Part shown: positions 41,648-50,769 of the stretch, one piece after another
How positions within the stretch are numbered: the first letter of the stretch is position 1
Layout: each line of letters opens with the position of its first letter
Origin: a virus
Direction: 5' to 3' (one strand)
Virus record (IMG/VR): IMGVR_UViG_3300021197_001635
Span: 32,001 to 96,000 of that record
Length of the DNA stretch: 64,000 nucleotides
The notes under the pieces: generated by a model
What the model was told of the DNA's origin: nothing
Seen by the model: only the letters and a program-made list of their open reading frames with translations
Databases searched by the model: none
Made by a program: the position numbers and the translations under genes

Positions 41648-42393
41648 ATGTGCTAGATCATGGTCATGTTGAGTTGGTAGACCACATGGGGTCTGATCTG
41701 ACAGTATGTAACTCCGCCAGAGTATCCTTCGCCAAGGAGACCGAATGGGAGGTCGACAAAGAGGCAGAAGATAGATTGAGAAAATCTGGTTCAAAGTATA
41801 GAGAATCTGATGTTGAAAAGTTATCTACTAAAGACGAACATTTAATCAGATACCTAGCAGAGCACGATCATTGGACCCCCTTTGCACATCCACAAGTCAC
41901 CTTAAGGATCAAGGCCCCAGTATCAATAAGGACACAGTTCTTCAAGCACAAGCAAGGTTTTGTTGAAAATGAGATATCGAGGAGATACGTGGACGAAACA
42001 CCTGAATTCTATCACCCCAACTGGAGGAAAAGACCTTCTAAGGGGATGAAGCAGGGTAGTGACGGCACTCTAGAATGTTCAGGTGGAGGAGATACCTCTG
42101 GGGGGTTTGCCACACACCCTTTGTATCGAAACTACAGCAGTCTGATGAAACAGGCAGAGTGTCTATATGAAGAACTGATTTCTGCAAACGTAGCACCAGA
42201 ACAAGCAAGATTCGCACTGCCTCAATCAATGTATACTGAGTGGTACTGGACTGGATCTTTGTCAGCATATGGAAGATTTTATAAACTTAGGATCGACGCC
42301 CATGCACAATGGGAGATTCAGCAGTATGCTGATGCTATAGGTAAACTTATTAGACCTCTATTCCCAGTGTCTTGGAAATATTTGGTATCATAG
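41644..42393 (+). CDS. thyX: Flavin-dependent thymidylate synthase
   Basis: ARVSF, HWTPF, NEISRRY, EQAR..LPQ, HAQWEI. Confidence 0.94.
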   Translation: MNVLDHGHVELVDHMGSDLTVCNSARVSFAKETEWEVDKEAEDRLRKSGSKYRESDVEKLSTKDEHLIRYLAEHDHWTPFAHPQVTLRIKAPVSIRTQFFKHKQGFVENEISRRYVDETPEFYHPNWRKRPSKGMKQGSDGTLECSGGGDTSGGFATHPLYRNYSSLMKQAECLYEELISANVAPEQARFALPQSMYTEWYWTGSLSAYGRFYKLRIDAHAQWEIQQYADAIGKLIRPLFPVSWKYLVS

Positions 42394-42420
42394 AATGCAT
42401 ATTTAAGATGGAGAATCATA

Positions 42421-42993
42421 ATGCAAAGAGTAAAAGAAGAAGTACAACTGCTTAAGGGTAAATTCGAGTTCCTTAATTGTCTAGAGACTGGAACAATTAG
42501 AACCTACACAGAAGGTCATGAAAGTACCAGACACATCTCAGAGGTGATAGGCGAAAATGGACACATTAAATCCTTAGAACTAATACCAGCCCATATCGAA
42601 GTGGCTAAGAACATATGTGTCAATTGCTGCGATAACATCACTTGGGTAGAGTGCGACTCTCTAGATCACCTTAAGAACGATGATGAGGAGATATATCACT
42701 TCGTCCTGCTAGACAGTGTAAATGATCCAGTGCATATAATGGAGGAGTTCAAACTCGTTGCCAACAGAATGCATGAGGGTGGATCTATTATGGTAGATGA
42801 CGCTGGCACAGATGAGCAGGGCAACTACACCCCCAACCCCAACGAACAACATCAACCCAAGAAGGGTTGGCATATCTGGGATTGGTGTAAGGAGAAAGGT
42901 GTAGATGCTAAAATTGTCACTGGTGGTCATTCAACACAAATAATGATACCTATGACCGAAGGAAATATGAAGATCTTCTCAGAATCTTTATGA
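42421..42993 (+). CDS. Class I SAM-dependent methyltransferase
   Basis: LETGT, DSL..L, LLDS, GG.IMVDD. Confidence 0.7.
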   Translation: MQRVKEEVQLLKGKFEFLNCLETGTIRTYTEGHESTRHISEVIGENGHIKSLELIPAHIEVAKNICVNCCDNITWVECDSLDHLKNDDEEIYHFVLLDSVNDPVHIMEEFKLVANRMHEGGSIMVDDAGTDEQGNYTPNPNEQHQPKKGWHIWDWCKEKGVDAKIVTGGHSTQIMIPMTEGNMKIFSESL

Positions 42994-43070
42994 CCCACTT
43001 GCGACACCACACTAACTGAAATAAATATGGATGCGTCTAATAGAATTCGAGCGAACAGGAGACAGAACCA

Positions 43071-45008
43071 ATGATTGAGTTGCCGACACCCTACCAACAG
43101 TTCATCCATCTATCTAGATATAGTAGATGGTTAGATGAAGAAGGAAGAAGAGAGACTTGGAATGAGACTGTTAGTAGATATATGGGGTTCTTCAAGGAGC
43201 ACTTGGAGAAGACTCTGGGTTATAAGATGAGCGTAAATACCGAAAATACGGTTAAAAATGCTGTCCTCAATCTTGAAGTTATGCCCTCAATGCGATGTCT
43301 AATGACTGCTGGTGATGCATTAAAGAAAGATGCGGTTGCAGGATATAACTGTTCTTATCTGGCAATCAATAGAGTCAGAGCATTTGATGAAGTTCTTTAC
43401 GCCCTGATGTGTGGCACTGGTGTCGGTTTTTCTGTGGAGAGAGAGTATGTATCTAAACTACCCACTATTGCAGAAGAATTTGAAGAATCAGATTCTACTA
43501 TTGTTGTTCAAGATTCAAGAATTGGTTGGTGTAAGGCTTACAGGGAGCTTGTCTCCCTACTTATTACAGGTCGTGTACCAAGATGGGACCTGTCACGTGT
43601 GCGTCCTAGTGGGTCGAGACTTAAGACTTTCGGAGGAAGAAGTTCAGGACCAGAAAGTCTGGAAGATCTATTTAGATTCACGGTGGAAGTCTTTAAGAAA
43701 GCATCTGGCAGAAAACTCACGACTATTGAGTGTCACGATCTCGTATGCAAGATTGCAGAAATTGTAGTGGTTGGTGGTGTGAGACGTTCCGCACTCCTTA
43801 GCCTTTCATCCTTGACAGATGAGAGAATGAGAGATGCCAAGCAGGGACAATGGTGGGTGATTGAACCACAACGTGCATTATCCAACAATTCGGTATGTTA
43901 TAAGGAAAAGCCTGAGATTGGGACCTTCATAGAGGAGTGGTTGGCACTCTACAAGTCCAAATCAGGTGAAAGGGGCATCTTTAATAGAGACTCTGCCAAG
44001 ACCACGGTGTCTAAAATCCAAGGTGGAAGAAGAGATCCCGATCATGACTTCGGTACTAATCCTTGCTCCGAGATTATACTTAGAGACAGAGAATTCTGTA
44101 ATTTGTCAGAAGTGGTTGCAAGAGGAGATGACACGGTAGAGACTCTTAAGGAGAAGGTAAGACTTGCGGCAATCATAGGCACATGGCAGTCTACATTAAC
44201 CGACTTTAGGTATCTATCGGCAGAATGGAAGAAGAATTGTGAAGAGGAAAGACTCTTGGGTGTTTCTATCACGGGAATCATGGATTCTGTTCTTCTTAAT
44301 GGAGACAAGAAAACACTTGCTGCATTGCCTGGGCTACTAGAAGAATTAAGAGATATTGCAGTTAAGACCAATAAGGAGTGGGCATCTAGACTAGGTATCA
44401 ATCCCTCTGCTGCTATCACCTGTGTTAAGCCTTCTGGTACTGTTTCTCAGTTGGTGGATTCTGCATCTGGTATTCATGCTAGACATAATCCATACTATAT
44501 TAGAACTGTGCGTGCTAACGTTAAGGACCCGTTATGCAAATTCATGCAGGACAAGGGGTTCCCTTGTGAACCCTGCCACATGAAGCCTGATACAACCATG
44601 GTGTTCTCATTCCCAGTAGAGTCTCCCAAAAAGGCAATATTCAGACAGGATAAATCAGCCATCGAGCAGTTAGACTTATGGTTATTGTACCAAAAGCACT
44701 GGTGTGAACACAAGCCTTCTATCACGGTTTCGGTCATGGAGGGAGAATGGTTGGACGTTGGCACTTGGGTCTATAATAATTTCGACGATGTATGTGGGGT
44801 ATCATTCCTGCCATTTAGCGATCACTCATATAAGCAAGCACCTTATCAGGACTGTTCCAAAGAAGAATACAAGGTCTTGCTTAAGGAAATGCCCAAGGAT
44901 ATTGATTGGGATGAATTGTGTGCATACGAGAAGGAAGATAACACGGCTGGCAGCCAGACGCTAGCATGCTCTGGGACGTCATGCGAGGTGGTTGACCTGA
45001 CCCCATAA
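43071..45008 (+). CDS. nrdJ: Class II (B12-dependent) ribonucleotide reductase
   Basis: RRETW.ETV.R, PSMR, YNCSY, GGVRRSA, TNPCSEI, TCVKPSGTVSQL, C-terminal C..C pair; no nrdB adjacent. Confidence 0.9.
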   Translation: MIELPTPYQQFIHLSRYSRWLDEEGRRETWNETVSRYMGFFKEHLEKTLGYKMSVNTENTVKNAVLNLEVMPSMRCLMTAGDALKKDAVAGYNCSYLAINRVRAFDEVLYALMCGTGVGFSVEREYVSKLPTIAEEFEESDSTIVVQDSRIGWCKAYRELVSLLITGRVPRWDLSRVRPSGSRLKTFGGRSSGPESLEDLFRFTVEVFKKASGRKLTTIECHDLVCKIAEIVVVGGVRRSALLSLSSLTDERMRDAKQGQWWVIEPQRALSNNSVCYKEKPEIGTFIEEWLALYKSKSGERGIFNRDSAKTTVSKIQGGRRDPDHDFGTNPCSEIILRDREFCNLSEVVARGDDTVETLKEKVRLAAIIGTWQSTLTDFRYLSAEWKKNCEEERLLGVSITGIMDSVLLNGDKKTLAALPGLLEELRDIAVKTNKEWASRLGINPSAAITCVKPSGTVSQLVDSASGIHARHNPYYIRTVRANVKDPLCKFMQDKGFPCEPCHMKPDTTMVFSFPVESPKKAIFRQDKSAIEQLDLWLLYQKHWCEHKPSITVSVMEGEWLDVGTWVYNNFDDVCGVSFLPFSDHSYKQAPYQDCSKEEYKVLLKEMPKDIDWDELCAYEKEDNTAGSQTLACSGTSCEVVDLTP

Positions 45009-45012
45009 ATCT

Positions 45013-45020
45013 TATAAATA
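45013..45020 (+). promoter_or_regulatory. T4-type late promoter TATAAATA
   Basis: Exact motif heading the small-protein/porin operon. Confidence 0.7.
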
Positions 45021-45123
45021 TTCGCTTACGGGTTAAATTAACCCTAGGGGGACACGTTGTCCCCACCATTTTTAAATGGGGACTGGAGTTGGTCCCTATT
45101 GCTCAAACACAAGGAGAAATCTT

Positions 45124-45318
45124 ATGAGCACCAAGAAAGAGTCTTGCCCCGCGATGGGATGCAGCGACGCAGTTACGCGTACCTTAGGTAAGGTCGGAGT
45201 ATGTCGCAGCATGCTAATCACATTAGCACTACTTCCATACTCATGGAACGGTGTAGTCTGGATTGCTGATGCACTTCATTCACTTTGGAATGCTGCCACT
45301 AACGCAGTTGGAACCTGA
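45124..45318 (+). CDS. Small hydrophobic protein
   Basis: RBS AAGGAGA, 64 aa, hydrophobic segment MLITLALLPYSWNGVVWI. Confidence 0.65.
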   Translation: MSTKKESCPAMGCSDAVTRTLGKVGVCRSMLITLALLPYSWNGVVWIADALHSLWNAATNAVGT

Positions 45319-45348
45319 ATCGCTTAAGCGATTCAAGGAGATAATCCT

Positions 45349-46518
45349 ATGAATATTTCAAAGAAAAAGTGGATGATGTACGGTGGTATTGCCGCTGCTA
45401 TTCTAATCGCTTCGGTCGCGGTTGCTGATGGACCTTCATATGAAGACCTTCAGGCCCGTCTAGACGCAGCAGAGGCAAAGATCGCACAGATTGATTCCGA
45501 CCGTGCTCCAAGCTGGTTGGAAAGCAGACGTAGTGAAGAAGTTCAATCGCTAGTGCAAGATGTCCTTGCCGATGCAGAAGCACGAACGATGATGCAGGGA
45601 GACAATTCCCCAGTCACCGTTAATCTTCATGGATTTGCCATCACCCGTTGGGATTACAACAATGGTGGTGGTGTGGCAAGAAATAATGAATTCAGCATTC
45701 CATATGCTCGACTTGAAGTCTCAGGAGAGATCCTAGGCAAGGTTGGGTACTATGTCAGTGGTGAATTCAGTGACTACACGAATGGCAGCATGGATCTTGT
45801 CGACGCCTACCTCACAATGGATGTGGGTCTGGGAGTGGACATGATGGCTGGTCAGTTCGTGACTGCATTCTACCGAGGTTTCACTGATTCACCATTGGAT
45901 CAGATCGCGGGAGAGTACAGTATTCTTGCTACCACTTTTGGTCAAGGACGATCGCAGGGCCTTCAATTCACCAAAGATTTTGGTTGGTTGGATCTCTCTG
46001 CCTCTTATAACGACGGTTTCGACACCAGCAATTCATTCATGATGGACAATGACTATGGTGTCAGTGTTCGTGGTGATGTGGATTTTGGTGCTGGATTCCG
46101 TGCAGGTGCAGCCTATGCTTATCAGTCAGAACTTGAAGACTACGGTACTTACACCGTGGACTTCGGATATTCTACCGATAAGCTAGATGCACAGGTCTCA
46201 TGGGTTTCTGCCGACTATGCTGTCGGTGGATACAGTGACAACTATGGCTTCAACGCTAGTGTTGCTTATCGTTGTGCTGCCGACTTTACTGGTTTTGTTA
46301 ATTATCAATGGGGCAAGCTAGGAGTTGCTTCAGAAGATCTTAACGTGCTAGAAATCGGTGCTAACTACGATATCAACGAATACGTTCGTTGGACCACCAC
46401 CTTGGGTTATGCATTTGATGCTGTAGCCCCAGAGTGGAATACCGCTCGTTCTGGATGGAACAGCGGTTCGGAGAATGGTCAGTATCTACTGCGTACACAA
46501 CTCAGTGTAAGCTTCTGA
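45349..46518 (+). CDS. Outer-membrane beta-barrel porin (OprO/P-like, planctomycete type)
   Basis: Signal peptide, coiled coil, WL...R.EE...LV.DVLADA..R motif, alternating beta strands, C-terminal RTQLSVSF. Confidence 0.8.
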   Translation: MNISKKKWMMYGGIAAAILIASVAVADGPSYEDLQARLDAAEAKIAQIDSDRAPSWLESRRSEEVQSLVQDVLADAEARTMMQGDNSPVTVNLHGFAITRWDYNNGGGVARNNEFSIPYARLEVSGEILGKVGYYVSGEFSDYTNGSMDLVDAYLTMDVGLGVDMMAGQFVTAFYRGFTDSPLDQIAGEYSILATTFGQGRSQGLQFTKDFGWLDLSASYNDGFDTSNSFMMDNDYGVSVRGDVDFGAGFRAGAAYAYQSELEDYGTYTVDFGYSTDKLDAQVSWVSADYAVGGYSDNYGFNASVAYRCAADFTGFVNYQWGKLGVASEDLNVLEIGANYDINEYVRWTTTLGYAFDAVAPEWNTARSGWNSGSENGQYLLRTQLSVSF

Positions 46519-46552
46519 TCTGTACGGGGGTCTCACCCTCGACACTTCACAG

Positions 46553-46586
46553 GAAGACCCCTGGCTCAGGCTGGGGGTCTTCTTTT
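46553..46586 (+). terminator. Rho-independent terminator
   Basis: GAAGACCCC...GGGGTCTTC stem followed by TTTT. Confidence 0.85.
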
Positions 46587-46622
46587 ATATACCCTAACGC
46601 CTGTTAGGTATTTCTAGATATG

Positions 46623-46713
46623 CCCCTTCCTGATATCCCCCTTTTGATATCAGGAAGGGGTATTGATACCACCCGTTGTATATCTCCTAGGGGGTATACC
46701 ACCCGTTGTATAT
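46623..46713. repeat. 15-bp perfect inverted repeat plus 18-bp direct repeat
   Basis: CCCCTTCCTGATATC(46623-46637)/GATATCAGGAAGGGG(46646-46660); ATACCACCCGTTGTATAT at 46666 and 46696. Confidence 0.85.
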
Positions 46714-46736
46714 GAAGCCTTTTGGTAGGTAATATA

Positions 46737-46765
46737 TTGACAGAAGAATCCGCCTGTGGTACAAT
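46737..46765 (+). promoter_or_regulatory. Sigma70-type early promoter, probably leaderless transcript
   Basis: TTGACA-17 nt-TACAAT with extended TG; ATG 6 nt after the -10 box. Confidence 0.85.
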
Positions 46766-46771
46766 GGAAAT

Positions 46772-49039
46772 ATGGAAAAAACCGCTTTGAATACCAATCG
46801 TGACTCTAAGGATATCCTCGCTCGACTGCTGGCGACCGAGAATATCTGTGTCGAACACCAACCAGTACCAACAGCATACTTCGATACAGTCGAACGTCGA
46901 CTGGTCCTCCCAGTCTGGGAAAATATGGATAATGACCTTTACGACATGCTCGTTGGTCATGAAGTTGGTCATGCACTGTTCACCCCACATGGCAACGACT
47001 ACACCAAGGCCGCAATCGAGCGAATCGATGCTGCTGCGCCTGATAGTCGAGTCATGCCATACCTGAATGTGGTCGAAGATGTCCGCATCGAGAAGGCAAT
47101 CAAGGACAAGTTCCCAGGCCTTCGTCGCAATTTCATCAAGGCATACAAGGGCCTTGTTGACAGTGACTTCTTTGGAATCGCTGACAAGAATATCGATGAA
47201 ATGTCGCTCATCGATCGAGTTAATGTACACTACAAGGTGGGCAACCACGTGGAAGTGGCATTTTCTTCCGAGGAGCAGGTCATCGTCGATCAGATCGATC
47301 AGGTCACCACATGGGATGAGATGGTCGATGCCGCTGACGCATTGTACTCGCTCGCCAAAGAGCAGAAGCAGCAAGAGAAGCAGCAGGATCCTGATGATCA
47401 GGAAGAGTCTGCTTCTGCTGGTGACCACATGGACAACGAAGGTCAGTCCAGTTCTGCTGCCGATGAGGGCGACCAGTCCGACCAGACCGAGAACACCGAT
47501 GGTGAAGGTGGAGAGCAGGGTGGTGAAGAGCAGGGTGATGACTCTGGTGACTCGATGGACGATGATACCGACGATGGTGAGTCTGCTGATAGTCAGATGT
47601 CTGACAGCAGCAGCGATTCTCAGGATGGTGGAAATCAGACAGTCGACCAGATGGTTGATATGTCAGATCTTCCTGATGAATGTGAGACACAGAAGTCGAT
47701 GGAGAATGCCATCGAGAAGATGACCGATCAGATTGATGACCGTCGTCGAGTCTATATCACAATGCCCAAGCCTGACCTCGATGCGATCGTCATTCCAGTG
47801 GGCAAGGTGATGGATGACTTCCGCAAGCACCTTGCTCGTGACCGATACGATAGTTATCGCGATGACTATCTTTCCGCTTGCTACAACATCTTCACCTCCT
47901 TCCAGAAGGATGTGTCCAAGACCGTCAACAAGATGGCACAGCAGTTCGAGATGAAGAAAGCAGCAGACCAGTACAAGAGACGTGCAGTTACCGATTCTGG
48001 TGTGCTCGACACAATCAAGATGGTGAACTACCGATGGTCAGATGACGTGTTCCTGAAGAATACAGTCGTCCCTGGCGCTAAGAGTCACGGCATGATCATG
48101 TTCATCGACTGGAGTGGTTCGATGACTGATAAGATGTCCGATACCCTCAAGCAGTTGATGACTCTGATCATGTTCTGCAAGAAGGTCAACATCCCATACG
48201 ATGTCTATGCCTTCACGAGCAGCTACGTAGAAGATCCTGACCGCTGCTCCGCTACCAGCCGCAGCTACAAGGAAGGAGATGGTTTGATTGGTGACCTCCG
48301 CCTTCTCAATCTCATGTCTTCCTCGATGAAGAATCGCGATTGGACAGAGATGATGACTTACATGACCATGCTCACCAATGCATATGCTAACACTAACGAC
48401 AAGCACTTCACCACTTCATATCGGGTGGTCCCACAGGGTTACCATCTGGGTTGCACACCTCTTGACGATGCAATCGTCTGTGCTGCTGCAGTTGCCAAGG
48501 ATTTCAAGAATACGTACAATACTCAGATTGTCAACACCATCTTCTTGACTGACGGTTGTACCTCCAGTAGTCCTCTTTCTGGTTATTATAGCGGTGCGAA
48601 GCATTACAAGAACGGCCAGATGATCCATATTGATGGCATCGCTGTCCTCCGTGGCAAGCATGGCAAGATCTTCAACAATCACAAGACCACGACAGACAAT
48701 CTGCTTGAATGGTTCACAGCAGAGACTGGTATCCCAGTGCTGGGCATCTACGTTTGCCGCGACCGAGAGCTATACTACCTCTGCAATGAAGTCACCGATG
48801 AGATGTACACGAAGTTCAAGGCAGAAAAGAGCCTGGTGCTTGAGAATAGCGGTGGTTACAAGTCATTGTACGTGATGAATTCGACGAACACCAAGAAGGT
48901 CAAAGGCATCGATGATCTTTCTGGAGTAGTCAAGCCCGTGATGGTCAAGAATGCCATGGTCCGCGAGGCAAAGGCACGTAAGGCACAGCAGCGGATCATG
49001 GACACATTTGTCGCTAATATCTCCAAGGAGACAGTTTGA
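46772..49039 (+). CDS. Metallopeptidase-like/vWA (CobT-like) protein of T4-like phages
   Basis: LARLLATENI.VEH, HEVGH, NVVED.RIE, acidic linker, MIDAS DWSGSM and FLTDG. Confidence 0.8.
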   Translation: MEKTALNTNRDSKDILARLLATENICVEHQPVPTAYFDTVERRLVLPVWENMDNDLYDMLVGHEVGHALFTPHGNDYTKAAIERIDAAAPDSRVMPYLNVVEDVRIEKAIKDKFPGLRRNFIKAYKGLVDSDFFGIADKNIDEMSLIDRVNVHYKVGNHVEVAFSSEEQVIVDQIDQVTTWDEMVDAADALYSLAKEQKQQEKQQDPDDQEESASAGDHMDNEGQSSSAADEGDQSDQTENTDGEGGEQGGEEQGDDSGDSMDDDTDDGESADSQMSDSSSDSQDGGNQTVDQMVDMSDLPDECETQKSMENAIEKMTDQIDDRRRVYITMPKPDLDAIVIPVGKVMDDFRKHLARDRYDSYRDDYLSACYNIFTSFQKDVSKTVNKMAQQFEMKKAADQYKRRAVTDSGVLDTIKMVNYRWSDDVFLKNTVVPGAKSHGMIMFIDWSGSMTDKMSDTLKQLMTLIMFCKKVNIPYDVYAFTSSYVEDPDRCSATSRSYKEGDGLIGDLRLLNLMSSSMKNRDWTEMMTYMTMLTNAYANTNDKHFTTSYRVVPQGYHLGCTPLDDAIVCAAAVAKDFKNTYNTQIVNTIFLTDGCTSSSPLSGYYSGAKHYKNGQMIHIDGIAVLRGKHGKIFNNHKTTTDNLLEWFTAETGIPVLGIYVCRDRELYYLCNEVTDEMYTKFKAEKSLVLENSGGYKSLYVMNSTNTKKVKGIDDLSGVVKPVMVKNAMVREAKARKAQQRIMDTFVANISKETV

Positions 49040-49533
49040 TGGATCTTTTCGAAAGAGCATTAGTAGTCATAGTTTTTTCCTTTATGACTTGGTTCGCCAT
49101 AGCCTCCACTGCGTATGCGGTGGAGGTGGGCGACATCAAAAAGCAGAATAAGTCCCTTCGCAAGCTGCTCGACGCAATTTGTGAGGTGGAATCAGGCTGC
49201 GATTCTTCCGCAGTTGGTGATAATGGAAAAGCCATCGGTGCTTATCAGATTTGGGAGAGTTATTGGATCGATGCCTGCAATTATAGCAGGAACGACGACT
49301 TGAGTCTTGACGACGGTTATGAAAGTTGCCTAGATAAGGAATACGCAGAGAAAGTAGTGTTGACTTATTGGGAACGATATGCCAACGAGAAAAGACTTGG
49401 ACGCAAACCAACACTCGAAGACAGAGCACGAATGCACAATGGTGGACCTCGTGCTGTATGGGCGAAGGGCAAGAAGAAGGAGAATCTTGACCTGTATTGG
49501 GAGAAGGTAAGTGAGGTACTTAACGGAGGCTGA
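49039..49533 (+). CDS. Lysozyme-fold muramidase (destabilase/i-type-like) with N-terminal membrane anchor
   Basis: AICEVESG, GAYQI...YW.DA, ARMHNGGP. Confidence 0.7.
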   Translation: MDLFERALVVIVFSFMTWFAIASTAYAVEVGDIKKQNKSLRKLLDAICEVESGCDSSAVGDNGKAIGAYQIWESYWIDACNYSRNDDLSLDDGYESCLDKEYAEKVVLTYWERYANEKRLGRKPTLEDRARMHNGGPRAVWAKGKKKENLDLYWEKVSEVLNGG

Positions 49534-49536
49534 ACG

Positions 49537-49680
49537 ATGTCCGAAGGAGCAGGGAAGGGAGACAGGTTTAGACCAGTTGACCAAAAGAAATATGACGAGG
49601 GTTGGGAGTCCGCCTTCGGTGACAAGAAGAAAAAGAAAAAGAAGCATGTCGTAAAACGGCAGAAGGGCAAGAAAAAATGA
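49537..49680 (+). CDS. Small basic hypothetical protein (47 aa, not in ORF track)
   Basis: MSEGAGKGDRFRPVDQKKYDEGWESAFG..., RBS GGAGG. Confidence 0.6.
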   Translation: MSEGAGKGDRFRPVDQKKYDEGWESAFGDKKKKKKKHVVKRQKGKKK

Positions 49681-49835
49681 GTTATACAGATGGAACCCCT
49701 CTGGGGAATTTAATCGACCGATGTGTTGATGGATGGGCTAACATTCTTGGTTTCACCCAAAAGGGCAAAAATACCAAGAAGAAGGTCACAGTTAAAAAGA
49801 AAGCCGTAAATAAGAAGGTGAAGAAAAATGGATGA
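49677..49835 (+). CDS. Small Lys-rich hypothetical protein (52 aa, not in ORF track)
   Basis: ATGA overlap with previous stop; MSYTDGTPLGNLIDRC... Confidence 0.5.
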   Translation: MSYTDGTPLGNLIDRCVDGWANILGFTQKGKNTKKKVTVKKKAVNKKVKKNG

Positions 49836-50142
49836 TCCAAAATTGATTCGAACGAGTGCTGGTGAAGAAATCCTATGTAAGGTAGAGTACAATGGCGACT
49901 CTTATACTATGAAGGATCCTCTGGTGATGATCCCTGCTGGAGACCGTCAACTGGGGTTTGTACCTTGGTTGCCATACTGTGATTGGACTAATGGCCTTAC
50001 AGTGGACAAGTCATTCGTGTCCTTCATCGCAGAACCCAGCAAGGTATTGATTTCTGAATACCACTCCAGCATGACTGGTCTTGTGGTTCCCACAGAGAAG
50101 TCTGTAACCACCAGCATCCCAACATTGAAGATCACGGAGTAG
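49828..50142 (+). CDS. Conserved T4-like Sm-fold hypothetical protein
   Basis: KLIR...GEEI, PWLPY, GLVVP pattern. Confidence 0.65.
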   Translation: MDDPKLIRTSAGEEILCKVEYNGDSYTMKDPLVMIPAGDRQLGFVPWLPYCDWTNGLTVDKSFVSFIAEPSKVLISEYHSSMTGLVVPTEKSVTTSIPTLKITE

Positions 50143-50146
50143 AACA

Positions 50147-50278
50147 ATGGCTAAGAGAGGGCACGACCCGACAGTACAGAACCGCATCAAGGCAGGCTCA
50201 CCTAGGACCTCCAAAAGGAAGAAGGGCAACGCCCCTTCAAGGACGTCTAGGAAGGGAAACGGAACGAGGATCCGATGA
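50147..50278 (+). CDS. Small Arg/Lys-rich hypothetical protein (43 aa, not in ORF track)
   Basis: RBS GGAG, MAKRGHDPTVQNRIKAG... Confidence 0.5.
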   Translation: MAKRGHDPTVQNRIKAGSPRTSKRKKGNAPSRTSRKGNGTRIR

Positions 50279-50285
50279 CCCCCAC

Positions 50286-50359
50286 GCGTCTGTAGCTCAA
50301 ATGGACAGAGCAACGGCCTTCTAAGCCGTAGGTTGCAGGTTCGAGTCCTGCCAGACGTG
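50286..50359 (+). tRNA. tRNA-Arg(UCU)
   Basis: GCGTCTG/CAGACGT acceptor, ACGGC-CTTCTAA-GCCGT, GCAGG-TTCGAGT-CCTGC. Confidence 0.95.
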
Positions 50360-50385
50360 CTTCAAAATGTAAGACCCCAGTGATT

Positions 50386-50769
50386 ATGTCAATCAGCATT
50401 ACAAATAGATTTCTGAAGTACGCCGATACTGCCCTTGGGATATCGAGAGAGATATGTCGTTCCAAAAGGCATGTGAGTCTCATAACCACCAAGAAGGGTT
50501 CTGTGCTCGCATGCGGGACGAACCAGTTCCGAACGCATCCTCTGGCAAAGCAATATGGCTATCGATACGATGAGGTACATTCAGAATTGGATGCCCTCCT
50601 GAAGCTACCCAAGGGTGCTGATAGGAACGACCTCGTTCTCCTCAATTTTCGATTTAATAGATTCGGAGATATGAGGATCAGCAAGCCATGTTGTCTTTGT
50701 CTACCTTGGTGCAGGGTGGTATTCAGTGACATTTTTTATAGCACCGATGAAGGAATGATGAGGCTATGA
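50386..50769 (+). CDS. Zinc-dependent cytidine/dCMP deaminase-like protein
   Basis: HSE and SKPCCLC motifs. Confidence 0.75.
   Translation: MSISITNRFLKYADTALGISREICRSKRHVSLITTKKGSVLACGTNQFRTHPLAKQYGYRYDEVHSELDALLKLPKGADRNDLVLLNFRFNRFGDMRISKPCCLCLPWCRVVFSDIFYSTDEGMMRL

Noticed and set aside
33939-45008. Introns or inteins in polymerase, helicase, thyX or RNR
   Set aside because: All ORFs are continuous and of normal length with no intein or homing-endonuclease motifs
46666-46713. Possible CRISPR mini-array
   Set aside because: Only two 18-bp repeats with a 12-bp spacer; no cas genes
46604-47428. 274-aa minus-strand ORF and other long alternative-frame ORFs over 46772-49039
   Set aside because: Shadows of a GC-richer, codon-biased real gene on the + strand
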